Origin: Chiloscyllium plagiosum
Taxonomy: Eukaryota
DNA: 64,000 bases
Assembly: GCF_004010195.1 (NCBI RefSeq)
Contig: NC_057717.1
Coordinates: 96,930,896-96,994,895, forward strand
Direction: 5' to 3'
Below are positions 25,195 through 38,191 of this stretch, piece by piece. Made by a program: the position numbers and the translations under genes. Each line of letters starts with the position of its first letter. Positions within the stretch are counted from its first letter, which is position 1. The notes beneath the pieces were generated by a model, which saw only the letters and a program-made list of their open reading frames with translations, was not told where the DNA came from and searched no databases.

Positions 25195-28100
25195 AGGGAA
25201 TCTAATCTAAGAATCTGTGTCTAGAGTAACTCTCTGTTGAATAGTATCATTTGATCTCGCGAGCGTGCTGTATTTTACTTGAATTGCATTCAAAGGCAGC
25301 TCAGAGACAATCCATTCAACTGATTTCTGAATGAAAGATTTTATCAAAAAGTTCAGCAGGTTTGACCTTTACTCATTGGAGTTAAGAATGAGGTGCTCAT
25401 CATATAAGATCCTTGACAAGATGGGTGCAGAGGAGATGTTGCGCTGTGCATGAGAGCACAGATCTAGGGGCCACAGTTTAAAAAGTAGGAGGTCTTCCTT
25501 TGAGATGGCGGTGCAGATGAATTTTGTCTCTTAGACTCTGTGAGACTCTCTTCCCCAAAAAGCAGTGGCAATGAGTTCACTGAATGTATTCAGGGCTGCA
25601 CTCGATCGTGTTTGTGATCATCGGGGCAGTTGCAGAGCTGAAAGTGGAGCAGAGATCACCAAACCGACCATGACCTTACAGATCAGTCCAGCAGACTCAA
25701 GTGGTTGAATAGCCCGCTCCTGCTCTGCGGTCTTCAGCATTCCCCCTATGGTGCAGAGTTTACGTGATTGTCACTTCATTACCATCCTGGGTGGCACGGT
25801 GCCTCAGTGGTTAGCACTGCTGCCTCACAGCGCCAGGGACCTGGGTTCAATTCCAGCCTTGGGTGACTGTGTCAGGAGTTTGCATATTCTCCCCGTGTCT
25901 GAGTGGGTTTCCTCCCACAGTCCACAATGTTCAGGTCAGGTGAATTGGCCATGCTAAATTGCCCATAGTGTTCAGGGATGTGGGCGTTAGGTGCATTAGT
26001 CAGGGGAAATGTAGAATAATAGAGTAGGGGAATGGAACCGGGTGGGTTATTCTTCAGGGAGTCAGTGTGGACTTGGTGGGCCATAGGGACTGTTTCCACA
26101 CTATAGGGATTCAATGATTCTTTGTAATACACTTACCTTCAAAACAAAGACCAATGTTCCACTGCATTCAAGGTAGACCAATGTTCAGGCAGGGTCACAG
26201 CATTTTGTATACACAGCTTTCAATGTGAATTCTCTTCAAGGTAAAGTACACAACACCTTCCTTTCCAAAAGAATGTCCAACTTTAATTGGTTGGACATTA
26301 ATTGGTTCTGCAAAAGGAATTGGTGAGCTATTGCATGTTGAGAATTTTATGCTCGCACATTTCATTACGGTGTCCCTTAGAGTTAGAATCCCAGGACACT
26401 TTGGAAGCAGGCCATTCAGCCCATTGAGTCCATACTAATCCTCTGAAGATGGTTCCACCCAGACCCATCCCACCTCTGCAGTCCTGCATTTCCCATGGCT
26501 AATCCATCTAAATAATAAAAAAAAAACAGAGTACTCACAGGAAACCCCCACAGACACGGGGAGTACGTGCAAACTCTGCACAGTCACCTGAGGGTGGAAT
26601 CAAACCTGGGTTCCTGAGAGGCAGCAGTGCTAACCTCTGAGCCACCGTGCCACCCCACGTTCTATTGAGTTTTGGTGCGGGGGGGGTGGGGGGGGGGGGG
26701 GGAATAATGTGTTACGACATGCTCTTGCATCAGTCAGCCAAGAACATACAGTCATCCGTTTTCTAGGGACAGAGCATTTGAAATTTTGGGAACATTTCAG
26801 ATGTTGCGATGATATTGAGGTTTCCCATGTGACTAAGCGTGAGACATGTTCATCATTCTATCTCAACATCATCATCAGATTCTTGTCTGTCAATCACTTC
26901 ACGTGGACACCTCTGGAGAGATACCAGCTGGTCTTTATTGCAGTTTACAGACACTCCTGGGGGTCAGTGCATTGCTCTTCATTGCTTATTTGCTCTTATG
27001 CACTGATTAGATTAGATTCCCTACAGTGTGGAAACAGGCCCTTCGGCCCAACCAGTCCACACCAACCCTCTGAAGAGTAACCCACCCCAGCCCCATTTCC
27101 CTCTGACTAATACACCTAACACTATGGGCAATTTACCATGGCCAATTCACCTGACCTGCACATCTTTGGACTGTGAGAGGAAACCCACGCAGACACAGGG
27201 AGAATGTGCAAACTCCACACTGACAGTTGCCCGAGGCTGGAATTCAACCTGAGACCCTGGTGCTGTGAGGTACAGTGCTAACCACTAAGCCACCGTGCCA
27301 CTCACTGTCTCTGCCAATGGCCTTTTCTGTTGCTTGCCTTTCCAAATTGATTGAAAGCTGAGCATTTCCTTGTTGCATACAGAAGCCCTCACCCGTCACA
27401 TCTCCTGCTGTCTTTGGGCGCTGTAGTGTTTGTGTCAACCATCAACTTCATACAAGTAAGTTTCTTTCTCACAGACTGGAAATGTCAAGTACTCAGGGAC
27501 ATAGGTTAAAAGTGAGAGGGGGCAAGTTTAAAGGAGATGTATGAGGTCACCTTTTATTTATACAGAGGGTGGTAAGCTGCCTGGAACATGTTGCCAGGGG
27601 AGGTGCCAGGGGATAGCAACATTTAAGAGGAATTTAGACAGACTCGTGGACAGGCAGGGAATAGAGAGATACAGACAATGTGCAGGCAGAGCGGGTTAGA
27701 CTAGAATGGCATCATGGTCAGCACAGACATGGAGGGCTCAAGGGCCTGTCACTGTGCTGTACTGTTCTATACTTGTCGGCCTGTGAAGATTACTTTGTAC
27801 TAAATTCAGCCTCCAATAACCATAGCATATCTCTCTGGGAAGCTGCCCTGGGGGTAGGTGCAATCATCACCTCAACAATCTGTTCACTAACTGCCCATCT
27901 GAAAAAAAATAATCACAGAACGAGCACTCCCCTCTGCATTTGGGTCTACGGCTTCTATACGCTCCTGTTTAAATGACATGAATTCTAGTCTTTGATTATG
28001 AAAATTTAAATCAGACTTTGAATTGGTCTTTTAATGCTGTGAATATCTTTTGGGGATCTTTTAGCTCATAGGCTATTAATCCTGATATGTTAAGTATATG

Positions 28101-28625
28101 TAGACCTCCCTTCCCAAATACAAAGCAAATATTAACGGCTTGCTGTTCCATGTAGGGCACAACTACATCTAGAAACCATAGCTCTTTAAGTGTTTTAATT
28201 TCTGTTAAGAGGTCTGCTGTGTCCCAGTTTAACTCAGAACTTCTGTGGATGTTCTGACAACGTGTTTTTGACCTTCCCTTGCTTACTATTGACCCTGCAC
28301 ATACCCGATCACTTACTTTCTTCAAGTGAGTTAAACTGGACTCTCAATCAGGATTCGCCTGCTTACCAGCAAGCTGTGTTTTGAATATTCTCCAATGCTG
28401 TAACAAGGAAAGACTTTGAGGATTGTCTCATACAATTTGATTTAGCATTGTTCACCATGTGTTTCACCTGTAGATTAACTTGCTTATTGACTGTTCAAGC
28501 ACAATCAATTCTCATGAGTGACTGATCAACTTCATTTCATTTAAAACAGTAGAAGACATAATAAGTTATGAAGCAGACATTACAGTAAGCCAACTGATTT
28601 CTGTGCATGCAATTTATGAATCCAA

Positions 28626-28843
28626 GGAGAAAGTGAGGACTGCAGATGCTGGAGATTAGAATCGAAGTGTGGTGCTGGAAAAGCACAGCTGGTCAGGCAG
28701 CATCCGAGGAGCAGAAGAGTGGATGTTTCAGGCATGAACCCTTCATCAGGTCCTGATGAAGGGCTAATGCCCGAAACGTCGACTCTCCTGCTCCTCGGAT
28801 GCTGCCTGACTGGCTGTGCTTTTCCAGCACCACACTCTTTGAC
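28626..28843. mobile_element. Penelope-derived palindromic mini-element, family A
   Basis: Near-perfect inverted arms meeting at cttcatcagg-t-cctgatgaag. 12-bp TSD ttatgaatccaa (28614-28625, 28844-28855). Confidence 0.88.
28753..28780 (+). ncRNA. Minimal hammerhead ribozyme motif, intact core
   Basis: tc-CTGATGA-AGGGC-TAAT-GCCC-GAAA-CGTC-ga. Flanks tc/ga pair as the base of stem I. Confidence 0.78.
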
Positions 28844-29484
28844 TTATGAATCCAAAGCAGACTATCCGCCTGGCAGAGTCACAACATTATGTACACTTAA
28901 AACATGGAGTCCATAAAGGTCCGCAAACACCACCTAACTGCTTCTGTTTACTGAAAACAAAAAATGCTGGAAATTTCAGCGGGTCAGGCAGCATCCATGG
29001 AGAGAAAGCAAGCTAAGGTTTTGAGTCTTCATCAGAGCATGGGAAGGTCAAAAGCATATTTCCTAGTTGAATTGGGACACAGCAGACCTCCTAACAGAAT
29101 TTAAAATGCTTAAAGAGACATCATTTCTAGACTTGGCCCAATAGAGAAAAGCAAGCCATTAATATTTGCTTTGCATTTGGGAAGGCAGGTAGACAAAAAT
29201 TTAACTGGTCAGGATTAATCACCAAAGAGCTACAAGAGATTCCCAAAAGATACAGACCCATTTTTATTTATTCTTTCATAGGAAGTGGGCATCGCTGCCA
29301 AGGCCAGCATTTGTTACCCACCCCTAACTGCCCTTGAACTGACTGGCTTACTCGGTCATTTCAGAGAACGGTTAAGAGTCAGCCAGATTGAGTCGGGCTG
29401 GAGTCACATGTGAGCCAGACCAGGCAAGGGCAGCAGATTTCCATCCCTAGAGGTCAAAGAGTGACAAATGTTTGGACAAGGTGA

Positions 29485-29704
29485 TGATTTGGAGATGCCG
29501 GTGTTGGACTGGGGTGTACAAAGTTAAAAATCACACAACACCAGGTTAGAGTCCAATGGGTTTAATTGGAAGCACTAGTTTTCGGAGCGCTGCTCCTTCA
29601 CAACCACCTGATGAAGGAGCGTCGCTCCGAAAGCTAGTGCTTCCAAAGCTAGTGCTTCCAATTAAACCTGTTGGACTATAACCTGGTGTTGTGTGATTTG
29701 TAAC
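29485..29704. mobile_element. Penelope-derived palindromic mini-element, family B
   Basis: 14-bp TSD tttggacaaggtga (29471-29484, 29705-29718). Inverted arms. Confidence 0.88.
29608..29636 (+). ncRNA. Minimal hammerhead ribozyme motif, family B variant
   Basis: cac-CTGATGA-AGGAGC-GTC-GCTCC-GAAA-GCTA-gtg. Palindrome AGCU replaces ACGU. Stem I cac/gtg. Confidence 0.72.
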
Positions 29705-31229
29705 TTTGGACAAGGTGAGGACCGGTTAAATCTGGGTTAGGCCCGAAAAGGAGAGCGATAGAACATTGCATTAACAGAATGAACGCAGTTGGCCCTGTTT
29801 TTTGGAGTCCTTATCATATTTAGACAATTGACTTATCAGTAGGAGCTTAATAATTCTGAAATTGCCCTCATTGTGAACATCATAAGCATTTCCATTTTGT
29901 CTTTTGAGTTATTTAATCCTGATGAAAACAAATGCCATTTTAAGATATCTTTATCCGCCATGAAATTGAGTCACACAGGAATTTGCATCACAAGGTTGGC
30001 TGGTTGCTTAATTGTCTTCCCATGAGGGATTGTTAAAGGACCGGGAGGGGCCTGCTGACAGAGATTTACCCAAAAGACAAACAGGAGAGAATGTGTAATG
30101 TGTATAGTTCGTGTCTGAGGGAGGGCTACTTGAGGGAGACACCAGGAAAGGGAGAGGGGGGCATACACACTCTCAGGATCTTCCAGAGCAAAGGGGATTG
30201 AATGTAGATCATTTTCAAGATGAAAAGCAAAACCAAATCTCCAGAACGAACACTACATTTTAAAATTTTAATAATTGCAACTTAGGTGAAAAGGATTTGT
30301 CAGCCTGAAACAGGAGTTATACAGTTATATCACTCCTGGAGTACAGGAGTTATCCCATTATAGAGTCATAGAGATTGACAGCACAAATAAAGGCCCTTCG
30401 ATCCATCACGTCTATGCCAATCAAAAACAACTGCCTAATCATTCTAATCCCATGTTCCAGTATTTGGCCCATTGTAGGGCGGCACGGTGGCTAGCACTGT
30501 TGCCTCACAGCACCAGAGACCCGGGTTCAATTCCCACCGCAGGCGACTGACTGTGTGGAGTTTGCACATTCTCCCCGTGTCTGCGTGCATTTCCTCCCAC
30601 AGTCCAAAAATGTGCAGGTTAGGTGAATTGGCCATGTTAAATTGCCCGTAGTGTTAGGTGTAGGGGAATGGGTCTGGGTGAGTGCGCTTCGGCGGGTTGG
30701 TGTGGACTTGTTGGGCCGCAGGGCCTGTTTCCACGCTGTAAGTAATCTAATCTAATTTAATCATAACTTGGAGTGCACACCTGAATACTTCTTCAATGTT
30801 ATGAGCATTTCTGCCTTGACTACGCTTATTAGTAGCGAGTTTCAACTCCCACAATCCTCTGGGTGAAAACATTTTTCTAAATCTTCTGCCCTTTCCCTGA
30901 AAATGTATGCCCTAGGTCATTGAGCTGTCCATCGGGGGAAAAGTTCATTCGTGTCTACTCTATCAAAGTCCATCACAGTTTTGCACATCTTAATTATGTC
31001 CCCTCTCAATCCCCTCTTCGGTAACAAATCAATCCCAGTCTGTCCAATCATCTCTCCTGGGTTCGATTCCAGCCTCGGGTGACTGTGCAAACTTCACACA
31101 GACATTTCTCCCCCTGTCTGCGTGGGTTTCCTCCAGGTGTTCCGGTTTCCTCCACAATCCAAGATGTGCAGGTTAGGTGAATCAGCCATGCTAAATTGCC
31201 CATAGTGTTCAAGGATGTGTAGGTTAGGT

Positions 31230-31657
31230 CAGAGAGATGTACAGCATGGAAACAGACCCTTCGGTCCAACCCATCCATGCCGACCAGATATCCCAACTCA
31301 ATCTAGTCCCACCTGCCAGCAACCAGCCCATATCCCTCCAAACCCTTCCTATTCATATACCCATGGAGATGCCTTTGAAATGTTGCAATCATACCAGCCT
31401 CCACCACTTCCTCTGGCAGCTCATTCCATACACGCACCACCCTCTGCGTGAAAAAGTTGCCCCTTAGGCCTCTTTTATATCTTGCCCCTCTCACCCTAAA
31501 CGTATGCCTTCTAGTTCTGGACTCCCCCACCCCAGGGAAGAGACTTTGTCTATTTATCCTATCCATGCCCCTCATGATTTTATAGACTTCTGTAAGGTCA
31601 CCCCTCAGCCTCCGACACTCCAGGAAAAACAGCCCTAGCCTATTCAACCTCTCCCTA
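31230..31657 (-). mobile_element. CR1 3' fragment nested in an HE1 SINE, itself within an older CR1
   Basis: ORF 31303-31647 RLGLFFLECRRLRGDLTEVYKIMRG. Confidence 0.88.
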
Positions 31658-31819
31658 GTGTATTAGTCAGGGGTAAATGTAGGGGAATGGGTCTGGTTGG
31701 GTAACTCTTCAGAGGGTTGGTGTGGACTTGGGCTGAATGGCCTGTTTCCACACTGTAGGGATTCTATGAAACATCTATTTACTGCAAAGATAGTGCAATA
31801 AGGGTTTAATTGATTGACA

Positions 31820-32475
31820 ATAGTTCTTTGAAAGTGATGCCACAGGTAGACAGGGTATTGAAAAAGGCATTTGGGAGACTTGCCTTCATTGGTCAGAGCA
31901 CTGAGTATAGGGGTTGGGACATTATGTTACGGCTGTACAGGACATTGGTGAGGTCACTTTTAGAATATTGTGTACAGTTATAGCTGCCCTGCTACAGGAA
32001 GGACGTTATTAAATTGGAAAGGGTGCAGAAAAGGATTTACAAGGATGTTACCGGGATTTGAAAGGGTTTGAGTCATGAGGAGAGGCTGGAAAGGCTGGAA
32101 CTTTTTTCCCTGGAGCGTCAGAAGTCGAGGGGTGACCTTCTAGAGGTTTACAAAACCATGAGGGGGCATGGATAGGGTGAATTGCAAAGTTATTTCCTCT
32201 AGGGTGGGAGTGTTCAAAACTAGAGGGCACAGATTTAAAAGGGAACAAAAGTTTTTTCCTACAGAGAGTGGTGCGTATGTGGAATGAACTGCCAGAGAAA
32301 GTGGTAGATACAGTACAGTTCCAGCACTTATAAGACACTTGGACAAGTGCATGAATAGGAAAGGGTTAGCGGGGTAGGGGCCAAACGCAGTCACATTGGA
32401 CTGATACAGCTTGAGAAACCTGGTCAGCACGGACCAGTTGGGCTGAAGGGCCCTTTTCCATGCTGTATGACTATG
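31820..32475 (+). mobile_element. Degenerate CR1 3' fragment
   Basis: LYRTLVRSLLEYCVQ..KLERVQK and CR1 3' UTR. Confidence 0.8.
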
Positions 32476-32994
32476 AATTATTCTACATGATGAGATGGGC
32501 TGAATGGCCTGTCATCGCCATAGTTTGGAAAAATGTGAAGTGAATTTGTGAAATGACTGCAATTTGAAAGGGGCTGAACCCAGGTTAGAAGCTGAAAGGC
32601 TGTTTGTGCAGTCGGGAGAGTCCTGCAGTGCAGGTCACAGCCTCAATGTGGAGGTGTTCAACCACTTTGGACTGAGCTGAGGAGAAATTTCTGAACCCAG
32701 GGGGTTGTGAATCTTTGAAATTTTCTCCCTGAAGGGTTTGTGGATGGTCATTGAGTATATTCAGGTCAGAGATCAACAGTTTCAATAATTAGGCCATTTT
32801 TGGAATATTGTGTGCAGTTCCCTGCTATAGGAAGGATGTGGCAGCACTTAGTCATAGAGTCATAGAGAGGTACATCACGGAAACAGACCCTTCGGTCTAA
32901 CCTGTCCACGCCGACCAGATATCCCAACCCAATCTAGTCCCACCTGCCAGCACCTGGCCCATATCCCTCCAAACCCTTCATATTCATGTACCTA

Positions 32995-33523
32995 TTCATG
33001 GCATAAGCCCTCCTTCAGGAATGAGGAGGGTGTGCCAAGCAGGCTAAGATAAAAGGTAGTGGGGAGGGACTTGGGGGAGGGGTGTTGGAAATGCGATAGG
33101 TGGAGGGAGGTGAGGATGAGGGTGATAGGCCGGAGAGGGGGTGGGGGCGGAGAGGTCGGGAAGAAGATTGCAGGTCAAGAAGGTGGTGCTGAGTCCGAGG
33201 GTTGGGACTGAGAAGAGGTGGTGGGAGGGGAAATGAGGAAGCTGGAGAAATCTACATTCATCCCTTGTGGTTGGAGGGTTCCTAGGCGGATGATGAGGCG
33301 CTCTTCCTCCAGCCATCGTGGTTGCCATGGTCTGGCGATGGAGGAGGCCAAGGACCTGCATGTCCTTGGTGGAGTGGGAGGGGGGGTTGCAGGGGAAGGT
33401 GCCGGGAGTGGAGGTTGGGTTGGTGGGGATGTGGACCTGATGAGGGAGTTGCGGAGGGAGTGGTCTTTCCGGAACACTGATAGGGGAGGGGAGGGAAATA
33501 TATCCTTGGTGGTGGGGCCTGTT
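32995..33523 (-). mobile_element. Penelope family A 3' fragment, internally deleted
   Basis: FRKDHSLRNSL..EERLIIRLGTLQPQGMN, homologous to 52480-53230. Confidence 0.85.
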
Positions 33524-33973
33524 TAGGATGAGGGGGAAGAATCTAAAAGGGACCTAAGGGGCAACCTTTTCACACAGAGGATGGTATGTGTATGGAATGA
33601 GCTGCCAGAGGGAGTGGTGGACGCTGGTGCAATTACAACATTTAAAAGGCATCTGGGCGGGTATATGATTACGAAGGGTTTAGAGGGATGTGGGCCAAGT
33701 GCTGGCAAACGGGGACTAGATGAATTTAGGATATCTGGTTGGAGTGGACCGAAGGGTCTGTTTCCGTGCTGTCCATCTCTTTGACTCTATGATTCGTAGA
33801 CACTGAGGAAGTCAAAGGATGCAGGGCTAGAGTAGGGAAACTGAGTTGATGTGGAGGAGCAACAATGGTGTTTATTGAATGACGGAGTGGGCTCAAGAGG
33901 GACATGGTCTACCTTCTTTCTGATATGCAGCAGATTGAACAGAGAAACAAGTGACACCAATTGAGGCACTTAC

Positions 33974-34114
33974 CAGCTCAGTATCAATGGCACTGGACAA
34001 TTCCTCAAGCATTTCCTCCTTGCAGTCTGTCCCCGTATCGGGCCTACCTGGGTCGGGGGTGTTGAGATCACTGGTGGGCGAGCTCTGCTGAAGCAGCTTA
34101 CCGCCGTGACTCAT
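33974..34114 (-). CDS. PCP2: Probable PCP2 first coding exon
   Basis: ATG at 34114, 47 codons MSHGGKLLQQSS...AIDTEL|gtaagt, phase 0, joins 18581 in frame. TATA-like box about 290 bp upstream. No sequence homology recognised, so the call rests on structure. Confidence 0.65.
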
Positions 34115-34394
34115 TGTTGAGAGGGACTGGTCACAGCTTACAGAGGAGAAGGCTTGATCAGCGCTTGCTCACGATATCCCGTCCAACTCTTCAACCGCGC
34201 TCTGCTCAATAGATGCTCATCGTCGTTCAGGGGATCTCACTCATCTCCTGCTCACCCCGTTCCACCAGCTCAAACACCACAATCACAGGTGCAGGGCAGA
34301 GCTGGTCAGATCCCGCAACTCTCAGTCTTAGCTCATTGCAAAAAAAAATCCACCCTGGTTCAGGTTTACAAATCCTGCGATCCTCTCCAACGCA

Positions 34395-34500
34395 ATGCTG
34401 CAGCCTATATAGCAAGCGTGAGGTAAACACCCAATATGTTTAATCTGACAGGCAGCTTATCTCCAACGCACAATTGATGAGCTAAAAGAGTGATTAATTC
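34395..34500 (-). promoter_or_regulatory. Putative PCP2 core promoter
   Basis: CTATATAG at about 34406-34413. TAATCT (Otx/Crx-like) at 34441 and TGATTAATT homeodomain-type site at about 34491. Confidence 0.4.
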
Positions 34501-37192
34501 TTTCAGATACACATTAATAAACAGCCTGTACCAAGTTAGACCAGCATCACAGAGTACAGTGCACACAATTTTGATTTCCATTTTCTAAAGAAAAGGTGCT
34601 GAAGGGGATTTTTTTAGGAATTGTTAAACTGAGAGGTTATTACTGTCAGGAAAGATTCAACAGGCTGGGCTGCTTTTCTCTCAGAGAGAGAGAGAGAGAG
34701 ATCAGGAGTGATCTACTGGATATAGGTTTGAGAGAGTACTATACAGAGGGAAACAAAGAGCAATAAAAATAAGATAGTCAGTGGAGATTCAGGAGAAAAG
34801 CCCTTTACCCTGAGTATGGTTGAAATGTAGAACTTGCTTGCACAGGGAGTGGTCAAGGTGAATGGTATTGATACTAGACAGACAGATGTACTGACAAGGA
34901 AGGAAGGAATACAAGATTTTGCTGATCGGAAGAGTCAAAGAGGGAATGAAAGAAAAGGTTGAGTGCAGCATTAACTATAGCATAGACCAGTGGGACCGAA
35001 TGGCCTCCCTTTGTGCTGTACGTTCTGCAACATCCTCTGTCAGTTACAAGGCATTCATTCATTCACTCATGAAGAAGTTTGTTTCCCATTTGCCTAATGA
35101 GGAAGGCAGATCTCTCGAGCTGTCAGGTCCCTTTTACTCAGAAGTTTAAATATAAAAAGAACGCAACAAGCAAAGAGGCCATTACTTTTGCTAAATTTGC
35201 CTATTGCAGACAGACGTATCTGTTCAATTTATTGTTGAAGCCTCCACTGAATCCCAGCAGCACAGGAATCATTGTACCCCTGGGAAGTATTTTATGAACA
35301 ATTACTCAAAACCTTAATAACGGATGGCACAGTGGCTCAGTGGTGCCTCACAGTGTCAGGGACCTGGGTTCGATTCCAGTGTCGGGCAACTGTATGAAGT
35401 TTGCATGTTCTCCCAGTGTCTGCATGGATTTCCTCCCACAGCCCAAAGGTTAGGTGGACTATGTGTTGAATTGCCCATAGCGTGTAGGCTAGGTGGATTG
35501 ACCATGGGGAATGCAGGGATTGGGGCCGGGTGGGATGCTCCTCTTTGGATGGTCATTGCGGACTCGATGGGCTAGGTGGCCTGTTTTTCACACTATAGGG
35601 ATTCTATGAACAACCAAACAGGGGAAGAAAGAAACAGAGACGTCGAGGTATCCATCTTCTATAGCATGTTGTAAATCTCTGACTCAAAGGGATGAGTCCT
35701 CCTCTGCTTGGAGGAGAGCAGATAGTGTCCCTACCTCTGAGCTTGGAGTTCAGAATTTGAATCTCAGTCAAAGAAGGTGTGTTCATCACGTAGTTGATTA
35801 TCAACTTGGAAATCCTTCCAAGACCCACCAAAGGGAGGCGCTAACAGTAGGAGAGATTCCTGGTCAGCATGGAATGGAGAGAGAGTTGGAGTCTTGACTT
35901 TGACCAGTCACAGCTCCAGGCTGCAGCATGTTGCCATGGCAGCCTGGGTATCCTCAGTGGGTCCAGAACACAGCACCATCACTCTTCCCTTACCATGGCC
36001 TTTGTGACGCCATTTTCTGAATGGATTGCAATTTGAGTGAAGACAAAGAGAGCAGATTAATCAGGCCTGCCCAATGCTAGCATCACATTATGACCCATCC
36101 CGCCACATAACTGAATTTAGCAGGGCACAATCAAATGAAGGCTTAAGAATGGTCTATTTTGTGAATAAAATGGACTGATTTGAGATTTGTGAAAGTTGGT
36201 CTGAAATAGGGGGGAACAAGGGTTGATGGAGCTTCTGTGTGAAGTGTTTACGTTTACTGATTTCACCGGCCCCTCACTTTGCAGAGTGATCCTGCAGATT
36301 CTCTCTAGAGATTGAAGATCCAACAGAGTATTTTCATTGAGCACTAGAATCCTGCCCACTCTGGCTGACAGCTGCTGAGTAAAAGATTTTTAATCCCAAA
36401 GCAGTGAAGAAAGGATTGGATCTTTCCCAGAGTTGTAGACTCTCCAATCTCCTCCAGTCGCTCAGTCTTTCTGAAAGATCCTGCAGCCCTCTTCAAATCT
36501 CACTATTGTTAACTTCACTCCAATTCCTTCCGCAAGGCCGCTCAGAGTTCAGCCACTGTTGAAACCTTTAGGTTACTTCCAACATTGCTGACAACAACAC
36601 AGCAATCCTCATCCCCACAAAATATATCCAATCTTGACTGTGAGATGACCTCTTGTAGCACTGCTCATGGGGAGTCAGGACTGAGTAGTCTTCAGGTGAA
36701 GTGTGGTTTGAGTACATGGCTGAATCCTCATTTAAAACAAAAAAAATCATGCATCCTGTCCTTCTTATGTAGAGTTCGATAACATTTATAGCATAGAAAC
36801 ATTACTCAGTTTAACTGATCCATTTAGTGATTATTTTCCATCGATGTCTCATGCCATTCCACTTTATCCAAACATTCTTTTATTCCTTCCTGTGTTTATC
36901 AAGCTTGCTCTTAAAATGTATCTTGGCTGTTATTGAATCATGCAGTTCAGAAGAGGCCATTTTGCCCATCATGTTTGTACCACGAAAAATACCTATGTTA
37001 GTCCCACTTTCCTATAGTAAACCCATAGCCTTGAAAGTTATGACACTTCAAGTGCTCATCCAAGTACATTTTTAAAAGGTTGTTCTCCTTAGTTTCTGCA
37101 AATGGAGGTATCCTGTTCCAAATTTAAATATTCTCTAGGTAACGGAGAGTCTCTTGAATTTACTCCTAGATTTATTAGTAACTTTTTTTTGT

Positions 37193-37608
37193 TCAACACC
37201 AGGTTATAGTCCAGGAAGTTTATTTGAAAGCATGAGCTTTCTAAGCGCTGCTTCTCCATCAGGTGGTTGTGGAGCAGGACCGTAAGACACAGAGTTTATA
37301 GCAGAAGATTACAGTGATAAAATGATACCTTGAACAAACCTAGATTAAGTCTTTCATCTTTTAGAATGGATTTGCTGGTTTCGGTTCTTCTGAAAGATGA
37401 AAGACTCAGCAATCTAGGTTTGTTCAATGTATCACTGTCATCTTCTGCTATCAATTCTGAGTCTTATGTCCTGCTCCACAACCACCTGATGAAAGTGCAG
37501 CCCAAATAAATAGTATTTCCAAATAAACCTGTTGGAACCTTAAACCTGGTGTTGTGAGATTTTTTTACTTGGTCCACCCCATCCCAACACCGGCTCCTCC
37601 AAATCATA
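37193..37608. mobile_element. Longer family B palindrome (about 400 bp)
   Basis: Arms of about 170 bp (ccatcaggtggttgtggagcaggac..aacaaacctagatt..gtctttcatctttt versus aaagatgaaagac..aatctaggtttgtt..gtcctgctccacaaccacctgatga). Confidence 0.8.
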
Positions 37609-38191
37609 ACCTCTTTTTGGCTCTTCCTGCCTTTTCTTTTCAGATAAAAGAGCCCCATTGTGTTCGGAGAGTTAAAACTTCTCAGTTCCGTTCTCATCAT
37701 CTTAATAATTTTCTGCTCTCTCCAGTGGTTTTCTTGTGCTATTGGCACTAGACCTGAACGCAGCATTCCAAGAAAGGCCTAACCAAGATTTTGTAGCAAC
37801 TTAACCATCTCCTGGTATTTCCAATCTATTTCTCTAGAAACGAATCTCTGTGCTCTGTTTGCATTTTCTTGTGGCCTTCTTAAACAGCATTTTTATTTTT
37901 AACAGTGCATTCATGATTTTTAACCCTCGCTTCTATTCTTAAATTTCACAATCAAGCCCCATATCTATATTTAATACCTGACTTGAGAAAGGATGTACTG
38001 GCACTGGAGGGGATGCAGATGAGTTTCACTAGATTGATTCTAGAATGAGAGGGTTAGCTTATGAGGAGAGACTGCATAGACTGGGACTGTACTCGTTGAA
38101 GTTTAGAATTAAGAGGGAATCTTATAGAAACATATAAAATTCTGAAGAGAACAGATAAGATCGAAACAGGGAGATTGTTTCCACTGGTGGA

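Larger units (their letters stand above)
28011..28900 (-). mobile_element. Degenerate Gypsy-type LTR retrotransposon 5' end (LTR, PBS, gag start)
   Basis: Minus strand ...ACA|TGGTG LTR/PBS junction at 28458. Downstream LNWDTADLLTEIK..QQAVNICFVFGKGGLHILNISGL..LKDPQKIF resembles a Gypsy gag N-terminus. LTR part is similar to 17265-17362. Confidence 0.55.

Noticed and set aside
26677-26702. Poly-G tract as a G-quadruplex element
   Set aside because: Simple homopolymer beside a SINE, prone to sequencing error, with no supporting context.
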